From Octopus sinensis (taxonomy: Eukaryota), in NCBI RefSeq assembly GCF_006345805.1, contig NC_042999.1:40424001-40488000 (forward strand): a stretch of 64,000 nucleotides of DNA. The letters run 5' to 3'. Shown piece after piece: positions 25,833 to 37,272 of this stretch (positions are counted from its first letter, which is position 1; each line of letters begins with the position of its first letter). Below the pieces are notes generated by a model. The model was not told the origin of the DNA. It worked only from the letters and a program-made list of their open reading frames with translations, and made no database searches. Position numbers and translations under genes: made by a program.

Positions 25833-26076
25833 GGCGCACGCCAGAAAAGGTCACAGAAAACGTGAGAGCAACCATACTCTGGGATATTCCAATACACACA
25901 GATAGAAAAATTAAGGCCTATAGGCCAGATATACTTGTCAAAGATCATGAAGAAAAAATGCTTTCTGATTGATGTATCAATACCAGAAGACGACAACGTT
26001 TCTCTAAAAGAAATGGAGAAACTTTCAAAATACGAAGACCTGGAAAAAGAGGTAACTCGAATGTGGAATCTAAAAA
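25829..26076 (+). mobile_element. R4/Dong-type non-LTR retrotransposon, restriction-like endonuclease fragment
   Basis: TPEKVTENVRATILWDIPIHTDRKIKAYRPDILVKDHEE-(frameshift)-KKCFLIDVSIPEDDNVSLKEMEKLSKYEDL: the PD...D...K signature of RLE-clade elements. Confidence 0.8.
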
Positions 26077-26397
26077 GAAGCTGCGCAAAGGCAACAACAA
26101 TAATAATAATGATAACTTTTTTATAGTCCAGAATGACACACAGATTTATAAAAATATATATCAGACAAAAGTCATGGGAGAAAGTGGGAGTATGTATGGG
26201 TGTATATGCTGTTGCTTCTGCTTACTTGGTAAATTATTTCTGCGTTTACTGTGTAAATTAATATCTTGTAAAGAAAATGAGATTTGTTTTAATGATTTTA
26301 AGAAAAGAAGCCACAAGTGTGAAGAAATTATTCATTAAAACGAAGATAAAATATGATAATCGCTTTATCCGTCTGTTTGTGTGTGTGCGTGTGTGTG

Positions 26398-26438
<41 letters not shown>

Positions 26439-27504
26439 TGTGTGTGCTGAAAGTAGTGTTTTCCACAAAATCATTATCACTGGTCCATTACGCAAAATTG
26501 CTTGTACCTTTCCAAAGTTATCGTCTTAAAGTGAAAACTGAAGTTGCTAAGAAGACTGGGCAGAAGATGAAGATGTCTGCTTCTACTCCTTTCAATCTTT
26601 CCCCGCGTACAATCTCTTTTCATGAAATCATCTGTCATAGGGAAGTTGACTGACATTCTTCATCAAAGGAAGACATCAAGTTGGTAATGACGTCCGACAC
26701 AGCTGACAGCAGAAATCATATTATACTCGGTAGCAGCTGTTATACATTTTCACAAGAGAGCAATACTTGTTCATAAAACGAGTGCAGAAAGGTATCATTA
26801 TTATATATTTACGTACATCAGTGTTGCAGAGTATGAACGCGATACAAAGTTAAATATACGATATACGTATATGAAGAAACATTGGAAGCATCGATTGTGT
26901 TCATATTTTACGGGCACGAAAATAAATTTTAAACGCAGTATAGCTGTGAATACAGCAGAGAAGAATTGGCAGCTTACCGTTATAAGACGGTAAAAGGAAA
27001 AAGTTTATAAGCATGGAGCTATGTGAATCGAACGTTGTGCTTCTCAGCTACGAGAATCGAACGGTGTACGCCTCACTTAGTAAGTTGTGTGCTCGACCAA
27101 TAACCTAAACGGACCATTATAACACAGCATTGCCAATTTTAATACTAAATAAAAGAATTTCGAATGCGAGATCATTTTTCTCTGTCTGTCTGTCTGTCTG
27201 TCTGTATGTAGTATGTATGTATGTATGTATGCATGCATGTCACGTCACTTTTGGGCGCTACTTGTAAGACGTAAACCCAGTGCCACCTGCTGAATGGTTG
27301 GGTCATCAGCGACTAAACTGGCAACCCTATCAACCTTGCTTCATGAGAACATTAACAGTTGGACACCCAGCAGAACGAAAAATAACACCTGTAAAATAGC
27401 GGAAGAGCGCATGAGGAGTGAGCAGCTATCCAACAATATGTGTGCGTGAGGACGTGGAAATACCTGGGTTGGTAACCAGGGTCGCGGTGGGCCCACTGGG
27501 AATT

Positions 27505-27553
27505 TTGTCAGTGAACAGGTCGCGGTCTCAAAACGACGAAAATATTTTGGCAA
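27505..27553 (+). ncRNA. Minimal type I hammerhead-like motif with G3:C8 core variant
   Basis: TTGTCA-GTGAACA-G-GTCGC-ggtctcaaa-ACGAC-GAA-AATATT-T-TGGCAA. Stem I has 6 bp (one G.U), stem II has 4 bp, and stem III is the palindrome AAUAUU. The core reads GUGAACA instead of CUGANGA. Confidence 0.6.
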
Positions 27554-28588
27554 TTTAAATTTAAATGTTGAAGTGAATCTAACGGTTTTTGTGTGTTTCT
27601 TAGATGCCTTATAAACACTTTCCACGCTGCAATTGTTTTCGTTCCAGCACACAATCTCAGTTCAGCTCAGCTCACTTGCTTTGCAAGCACATCTCCGTAA
27701 TACATACATACATACATACATACATACATACATACATACATACATACATACATACATACATACATACATACGTACATACGTACATACATACATATATACA
27801 TACATACATATATATGTATGTATTTATGTATGTATATGTATGTATGTATGTATGTATGTATATGTATAAAAATACAAACTGGGACAAAAACGGAAAACAT
27901 TTAGGAGACGATACAAAAACACGGACGGGACATTCGAAGTCTTCAATCTTCAGTCAAGAACCGGATCATCCTCGCAATTTCGGCTTATTAATCTTGAGAT
28001 TGCTCCAATCTGGCCAGCCCCAAGGATAAACTAAGCTAAGCGCATTAGATTCCTTGGAAAAAACTTCGAATATACACAAACCAAGGACGGAAAAACGGAC
28101 GATGTTACACGAATATGAATACAAAAATAATATGTAAAAACAATAATAATAATACGTAGAAACAATAATAATAATAAAATAACAATAACAGGACATCACA
28201 AACAGGTGTCTTTGGACTAGACGGATTAAACTCAGCTGGCGTGTTAGGAATGTGCCTTGGGGCAGAGAGAAAAAAATGTAGATGTTACCGCTACGGCCGC
28301 TAGAACCCGAGAGGCCAGCAATCGGTCAGTCAGTCACGCGAGAAGGGCAGAGAGAGGAAAAGAGAGACAAAATAATTAATGAGGGGGAGTAGAGACAGAG
28401 AGCGAGAAAAAGAGACAGGGGCAAAGTGAAGTGCAAAGTAAGAAGGCGAAGAAAATTAGGAGAGCGGGGAGAGAGATAGAGTCGTTTGTATTTTTATACA
28501 TATATATATATATATATATATATCTATATATATATATATAGCGGCGTACTTACCCTCTCTCTCATATATATTATATATATATATATAT

Positions 28589-28664
<76 letters not shown>

Positions 28665-28852
28665 ATATATATATATTATATATATATATATATTATATAT
28701 ATATAATATATATATAGATAGATAGATAGATATAGATATAGATATAGATATATATAATTGAGATTCAGTTGAATTAGTTACTTAGATTGAAGTACAAAGT
28801 CAGTGCGGTATTGTCCGTACAACGGACAAAGTAAGACGTGAATAAAATCAAA

Positions 28853-29345
28853 ATACATACATACATACTTTCATACATACACACATACATACATACATAC
28901 ATACATATATACATACGTACATACATACATGCTTACATACATACATATATACATACATACATACATACATGCATACATACATACATTCATATATACATAC
29001 GTACATACATACATGCATACATACATACATACATGCATGCATACATACATACATACATATATACATACGTACATACATACATGCATACATACATGCATAC
29101 ATACATACATACATATATACATACGTACATACATACATACATACATACATATATACATACGTACATACATACGTGCATACATACATGCATACATACATGC
29201 ATACATACATACATACATATATACATACGTACATACATACATACATATATACATACGTACATACATACATGCATACATACATACATACATAACATACATA
29301 CATACATACATACATACATACATACATACATACATACATACATAC
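28853..29345. repeat. Compound (TACA)n microsatellite
   Basis: About 490 bp of TACA with TATA/CGTA/TGCA variant units; source of several spurious HTYI/MYVC ORFs. Confidence 0.95.
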
Positions 29346-29709
29346 AAGCATATGTATATGCTTTGATGAGTTTCCATCCGTTTGCAAGTTTAATTACATA
29401 TAACTCTCCGATATTTATGGGCCATACGCCTCTATTTCTGTAGATAAATATATCTATTCATTATTGGCATCTATGCTTCCGGAATTCTCTGCTTTCACTG
29501 CTGACAAACAACATTTTTCAGAGATAGCATATTACAGATGTAGCTATTGATTGCTCCCAGTTCCGCTACATAATGGCTATTCTTTCTGATATGAGACAAA
29601 TCTGAAACACTCTCCATCCTTTGATTGGTCCTCAATTCTATCTAAGCATTGTTAGATAGACAGACAGACAGCCTGGTAGATAGATAGACAGATAGATAGA
29701 TAGACAGAC

Positions 29710-29810
<101 letters not shown>

Positions 29811-29988
29811 TAGAGAAACAGACAGACAGATAGATGGAAATATAGACATATTAGTAGACCCTAAATAGACGGTCGCAAGGATGAAATTAAATAGAGATAT
29901 GAAAAAAGAGAAAACAGAGACAGAGGTAGGAGTTGTTATGAAATAGAATTAAGGAAAGACAACTAATACCCGTCTAATATGGAAACGT

Positions 29989-30071
<83 letters not shown>

Positions 30072-30337
30072 AATAAATCTTAGAGCGAGTTATAAACAGT
30101 AGCTGCAACACATCGTGACTTATATTTGCCATTAAATATGGCTAACCACTAAGGGGTCAATACCCAGAAACTCGAGTCCGTGTGTATCATAAGTCGGAGA
30201 CGGGAAGGATGGCATCCCTTTGCAAATACTGATAGGGCACAGAAAGTGTGTCTATAGCCAGCTGGAGGAGGTGTCCTCCCGGGGCTACAAACTACAGTAG
30301 CATCCACACTTATATTTAAATGGCAAATATACGTCAC

Positions 30338-30412
<75 letters not shown>

Positions 30413-30489
30413 GTATATAATGATAATGGTAAAAATTTCAATTCCTTGGATGACGCAAAAGATACCTTGCTGAATTCTTTGCCATGAAA

Positions 30490-30643
30490 CCACCTCAATT
30501 ATGGAAAGAGGGTATTTTCAAGTTAAAGGAAAACCGGAGACGCATTGTGCAACAAAATGTTTCATATTTTGTTGATTAAAAATGCATTTATTTACCTTTT
30601 TCTCTCCTTTAAAAATCGGCACGAACTTTCCGGGAACCCCAAT
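30490..30643 (+). mobile_element. Mariner 3'-end fragment
   Basis: GIFKLKENRRRIVQQNVSYF resembles the mariner C-terminus (GI.KL.ERW..V....G.YF); a TIR-like CGGCACGAACTTTCCGGGAACCCC follows. Confidence 0.55.
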
Positions 30644-31761
30644 ATATAGAGAATGTGCAGAATCCCCTCTGGTATACATGTCTGTCTATGTGTGTTTTGA
30701 CGGACGGGTGCTATGTGTTGACTGTGTATGCATGAGTGGGTGTGTATTTATTTAGATACAAAAATCTGTGCATTAGACGAAGATACAAACAAACCATTCT
30801 GGTGTGGTGTTTTGGTGCTCAATCCTCTTTCAGTTCCCTCATATTGGAAGGTCGATAAATAATAATCAATTAAACTATTGGGTTAGCAATTATCTGTTAT
30901 ATATTTATATATTTGGAGATCTTGCGGCATCATGACTGCAGTTTGTTGACTCATGCCAAAATAAGTTAATCTAATTTAATTGACACATAGATGCGTACAT
31001 GCATACATAATGCATACTTACATGCTTGTACCTACACACACAGACACACACTCACATACATATATTTGTTATTGGCAACGGAAGCAAAGTTAGTTCAAAA
31101 TAGTGTTCTGTGTATTAAACTAAAGAAATCTATACCATTGAAAGCCTGGAGACTGCTGTATTCGTCTCGAAAAAGTGTCTCATATAAACAAACATGTTAG
31201 TTGCAGACGAAAGTTTTCGAGATACATGATTGGCTACTAAAATATCTATAAGTATATAAGAGTTGCTTTCTCGAAAAGAATACCGCAGTTTAGAAGGCTT
31301 TTTGACTATGTATATATCTTTAGTATGTATATAAATAATTTGTTTTGATTAATTCTACTTCCGTTGCCAATAATGAAATTTCAATACAGTCTGTTGCTAA
31401 ATGCGACGTTAGTGATCCTTCCTTCAACGTTTAACTTTATCAACTATCCTCAGATGTTTTCTTGCTACATGGTGACAGTGGATATTTGATAATGATGAAC
31501 TAAAAGTAACAGAAATCCGTAACTAGCAATGTCTCTATAACTGTTGATGTGGTTACCTCCTCTTGCTGCCAAAATTGTCTATTTTATTGACACTATACAT
31601 TTATTAGAGATGCTTCCTCGAGATGAATACCAGTTTAGATGGCTTTCAAAGGTAAACAGATTTGCCTATGAGTGTATGTGAGTGTGTGTGTATATATTAT
31701 CATTATTATTATAAATACCATTATTATTACATGTATAGATGTGCGTACATATATACTTATA

Positions 31762-31806
<45 letters not shown>

Positions 31807-31851
31807 GTAAATGGTATGAATTTTAGCCTCTTAGCAGTTTTCCGATGACCG

Positions 31852-31912
31852 GATAACTGAAGAGATGGCGGCGTGGATTTCCACCTCGGCATCCGAAACT
31901 CGGAGTTTTATC
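31852..31912 (+). ncRNA. Minimal type I hammerhead ribozyme with long stem II
   Basis: GATAA-CTGAAGA-GATGGCGGCGTGG-attt-CCACCTCGGCATC-C-GAA-ACTCGGAGT-T-TTATC. Stem I is GATAA/TTATC, the core is intact, stem II is an imperfect ~13 bp, and the triplet is GUU. Confidence 0.7.
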
Positions 31913-32022
31913 ATGGCTACAGAATAATTGTCACATATTACATTTACAGATAAATTCCTCTATTTACATGATATCAAGGTCCTTTCTTTCTTTTGTTGTC
32001 TTACCATTTATATCAATATATA

Positions 32023-32067
<45 letters not shown>

Positions 32068-32085
32068 GTATATATATATATATGC

Positions 32086-32144
<59 letters not shown>

Positions 32145-32376
32145 GCTTAAGTGTTTTTGTATGCGGGTGGGTTTGTGTATGTGAATGTGCGCGTGTCTTC
32201 ATGTTTGTTACTCCACCACCACCAACAAGCAGCCGGTATTGGACTGTTTACTTCTTCTTAGCTGAGCAGTCTGGTAAAAGTGTTAAAAAATAAGTACTTT
32301 TGAAAAGATTTCGCCGCATACCAGTGACTAAAACAAGCAGAAGTTAAAAAATATATATCAATGAAAGTGGTTCGTT

Positions 32377-32419
<43 letters not shown>

Positions 32420-32532
32420 TATCATTGTTGTTGTTGTTGTTATCGTTGTTTTGTTGTTATTAGATATGTATGTTTGTATACACAGATAGAAAGACAAATA
32501 TGTTATAGTTGATGAAGAAGTATGAAACACAA

Positions 32533-32701
32533 GGCGCAGGAGTGGCTGTGTGGTAAGTAGATTGCTTACCAACCACATGGCTCCGGGTTCAATTCCACTG
32601 CATGGCACTTTGGGCAAGTGCCTTCAACTATAGCCTCGGGCCGACCAAGGCCTTGTGAGTGGATTTGGTAGATGGAAACTGAAAGAAGCCCGTCGTATAT
32701 G

Positions 32702-32744
<43 letters not shown>

Positions 32745-32985
32745 ATAAGTGTGTGTGTGTATGTGTATGTTTGTGTGTCTGTGTTTGTCCCCCCAACATC
32801 GCTTGACAACCGATACTGTTGTGTTTATGTCCCCCGTCACTTAGTAATTCGGCAAAAGAGACCGTGAGAATAAGTACTGGGCTTACAAAGAATAAGTCCT
32901 GGGGGGTCGATTTGCTCGACAAAAGGCGGTGCTCCAGCATGGCCGCAGTCAAATGACTGAAACAAGTAAAAGAGTAAAAGAGCAA
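32533..32985 (+). mobile_element. SINE family A, full length
   Basis: Collinear with 12901-13330. Confidence 0.85.
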
Positions 32986-33202
32986 GAGACCCCGCACCAG
33001 CGTATATGACTGAACTTTGACGTGGACTATGCAAATTAAACAAGCTTTCATTATTTCTTTTACAAATAATTACATATTTCTAAATATATCTAATTCTCTT
33101 TCTGTAATCTTATTTTATTTATATATCATATTGTCCATAATATGTGAATATAAATATATGAGTGTGTGTGTGTGTGTGTGTGTGTGTTGTGTGTACGTAT
33201 AC

Positions 33203-33249
<47 letters not shown>

Positions 33250-34188
33250 TATTGAACATGTTTTATATCAATCTTTCCTTTGCTCGTTTAATCTTTGCTG
33301 ATATTTTTGCTCACCAATCACAACTAGGAATCGATTTTCGATGCGATATATGTTATGCCGTTTGGTCAGAGGCCAGTATATAAGTGACCTGTCGAGACGT
33401 AAGGAAATCGAAATTCTATTAACCGATTACCTGTCTGGAGGTGAAATAGATTTATTTCGAGAGTTCGCGAGGAAAATAGATTTCTCGAGCTGTCAAGCCT
33501 GGCATTTGAACGATTAACGAAACAAACGACTTCCTGTGTTTGATCAAAATGTTCCTTATCCCATTTGCTTCTAAAGTGAATAGTGTTCCTGCTTACATGT
33601 GCAGACAATAACGTTCGCCTATATTCCTGTACGTGTTTCTGTGTGCGCGCGAATGTGTGTGCGTGGGTGTGGTACATATGTTGAGGAACTGAAATGCAGA
33701 GAGCAAAAGAAAGAGTAAGTGTGAGTGGGTGTGGTGTTATGGGCTTGCATGTTTCTGTGTATGCGTATATGCGTATATGCGTGCGTGTGTGAGACAGAGA
33801 GAGACAGAGACAGAGAACTCATGAGTTCCAAATGAGAACTTTTGTACTCACACTCGGTTACACACATACACGAAAACACACACACACGAAAACATACACA
33901 CACACATACAATCATTACACACCCACACACATACAGGCACCACTCACTCATACACACATGGTCGTATACACACTCACACACATATACAAAAATCTATGTG
34001 TGTATATATATATGTATATGTATATAAATATATGGACATATATACATTTGTGTAAATGCAAATTTATTTATATATATTCATGTGCATGTAAGTATATATA
34101 CAGATATATGCATACATATATATACATATATATATATATGTAAGTATATATGTAGATATATGTATACATATATAAATATGTATACACA

Positions 34189-34244
<56 letters not shown>

Positions 34245-34749
34245 TACATATATAAATAAATATATTTATATAAATATATATATATATATACAATATGTAT
34301 TGATATATGCATATATATATATGTATGTATATATATGTAATTATGTATATATGTGTAGATAGATATAGATATATACATATATATTTATATATACAGGTAT
34401 ATGTCCTTGTATATATATATATATATGTGTGTGTATTTGTGAGTGTGTGTGTGTGTGTGTGTTCTATAAACAGGCACAATAGATGAGACCGTTGGTAGCA
34501 GACGCAAAATATTATAGCATCATCAAGTTTCCCAATTCTCAATGGATGCTAAAGGCGAGTTTCACTGATACTTGTATTTGATAACCCAATCTTAGGCACA
34601 ACCATGTACAATGTGCAGAAAACGCCCACACAGTTTAACACTCACAATTATAATAATCAAATCATTCACTAATAATAATCTATTGTGTTTTCTGCAATTC
34701 AGTACGTTAGAAATATTTGCTGGGCCCCTGGTAAACATCACTATATTCA

Positions 34750-34794
<45 letters not shown>

Positions 34795-35429
34795 TGGTGC
34801 TCCAGCATGACCATAGCTTGAAACGAGTAAAAGAGTAGTAAAAGAGTAATATATATATATATATAATCTATATATATATATATATATATATATATAGATA
34901 TATATATATATATATATATATAATATGTATATATATACGTACATATATACGTATAAATATTTAGGTAAACAAAAAGACAGACATACATAAGACACATACA
35001 TATATATTGTATATATATATATACTTATATATATATAAATAGTTGTAATGAACATATTTATGTATAAGCATATATACTATATATATCCTTTATGTCTGCA
35101 TGCATATATGTATGTATGTATCCATATATGTAAGTATCCATGTATTGACGCATGAGAATATCTATTCATTTCTTTGTGTCAGTACATATATATGATTACT
35201 GGATATTCATAAATGTGTAACTGTATGCATATGTCATGTACATGTAGTAGTAAATGTGACTGAGCTTCATGCATATCCGAGAATACTTGTGTGTATATGC
35301 GTATTTTATGCATGATTATGAGACAGATAAAAACATTGCCTAAACACACTAATATGAATATACGTAAATAGAAATGTATATGCATTTATATGTGTGTATA
35401 GTTAGATGTCAATCATTAGATAGATCTGT

Positions 35430-35616
35430 ATGAAGCTTCCTTCTCAATCACATGGTTCCAGGTTCAGTCCCACTAATTTTAACCTTGAGGAAGTGTCTTC
35501 AGCTAAAACATCGGGTCGACCAAAGACATTTGAGTGGATTTTGTTAGACAGAAACTGAAAGAAACCCATCGTGTATATATGTGTATATAAATGTGTATGT
35601 ATGTACGTATGTATAT

Positions 35617-35671
<55 letters not shown>

Positions 35672-35834
35672 TGGTGTGTGTGTGTGTGTGTTTGTGTGTG
35701 TGTGTATAGTGGTTGTATACTGTCAACTTAAAGTGACAGTCCCGTAAAGGGAATTACACTACCGCTATTTAGCCCTAGGAAGCATCGACGCTTCCTGTCG
35801 GCCTTGACACATTTCTTGTGTCATATATATATAT

Positions 35835-35866
<32 letters not shown>

Positions 35867-36145
35867 ATATATTAATATATATAATGTACGTATGTATCTA
35901 TGGATGTATATGTCTGTATGTATGTTTATATCTATGTGTATGCGTCTTTGTGTCTGTGTTGCTCCATCACCGCTTGATAATCAGTGTTGGTGTGATTACG
36001 TCCTTGTAACTAAGAGGTTCGACAAAGAGACGGACAATGTAAGCGCTAGGCTTGAGAAAGAAGTCCTTGGTTCGATTTGTTGGACTGAAGCCTATGAAGT
36101 CGGTGCCCCTGCATGGCCACAGCCAAATGTCTAAGAGTAAAATAA
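35430..36145 (+). mobile_element. Diverged SINE family A split by an expanded microsatellite and an insertion
   Basis: 5' half at ~35430-35575 (CACATGGTTCCAGGTTCAGTCCCAC); 3' half at ~35958-36145 (CCGCTTGATAATCAGTGTTGGTGTG...GCATGGCCACAG). Confidence 0.6.
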
Positions 36146-36183
36146 TACTTATGTTGATCATTAGTTTATTATTCTTTAAGAAG

Positions 36184-36400
36184 AAGGCGGCGAGCTGGCG
36201 GAATCGTGAGCACACCGGGCAAAACGCTTAGCGATATTTCGTCTGCTTTTACGTTCCGAGTTCAAATTCCATCGAGATCGACATTGCCATACATCCTTTC
36301 GGGATGGATAAATTAAGTACCAGTTGCGTACAGGGTTCGATCTAATCGACTCGCCCTATCTCTCATAATTTCGCGCCCTGTGCATATAACAGACAAGATT
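36184..36400 (+). mobile_element. SINE family B
   Basis: AAGGCGGCGAGCTGGCGGAATCG...GAGTTCAAATTCC...TAAATTAAGTACCAGTTG. Confidence 0.8.
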
Positions 36401-36706
36401 ATTCTTTAGCAAGAATAATTACTATAACATTAATACACTCATATATATATATAATCTAGATATATATATATATATATATATACCAATTAGACTGAACCGA
36501 AGGTGTCCACCTTTTCGTGTTCAGTCCCAAATTGGTATATATAAATATTTTAATCTTCGGATTCTTTTTAATTGCTAGACCACTGGTTTAATTGACTAAC
36601 ATCAATTTTACCCTAATTTTTAAATATATTATATATATATATATATATATATTATAGATATATAGAGAGAAGAGATGAGAGAGAGAGAGAGAGAGCGATA
36701 GATAGG

Positions 36707-36774
<68 letters not shown>

Positions 36775-37272
36775 CCGACAGACATACAGACAGACAGATA
36801 GATAGAGAGATAGATAGATAGATAGATAGATAGATATGTTTCTTTATTAGCCACACAGGGCTGCACACAGATAGAACAAATTACAAGGTAGAGGCTTTTC
36901 TTTTGAAGGTTTAAAAAAAATAAAAAATAAAAATAAAAAAAATAAAAATAAGAAAAAATAATATAAAATAAAAATAAAAATAAAAAAGGGGGGGTCGATC
37001 AAAAGGATCGTAAAAGGAGAAAAGAGGACAAAAAAAAAAAAAAAAGGGGGGTTAAAAAAAAGGGGAGAGGAAAAAAAAATTGATCAATAGGGATCGTTAT
37101 CACAGAAATGTCAATATGAAGTGTAAAGGGGGGGACAGGTGAGGTTTACCCGTGGAAAGAAAAGCCTACGGAAAAGACCACGGTAACCTCGGTCAATGAA
37201 GTCACATGTTATATTTCTTTTTTTTTTTTTTTTTTTTGCAAATAAGCAACTCTCTGTATTAATTTTTACGGT

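Noticed and set aside
27296-27312. CTGATGA on the minus strand
   Set aside because: No downstream stem II or GAAA box.
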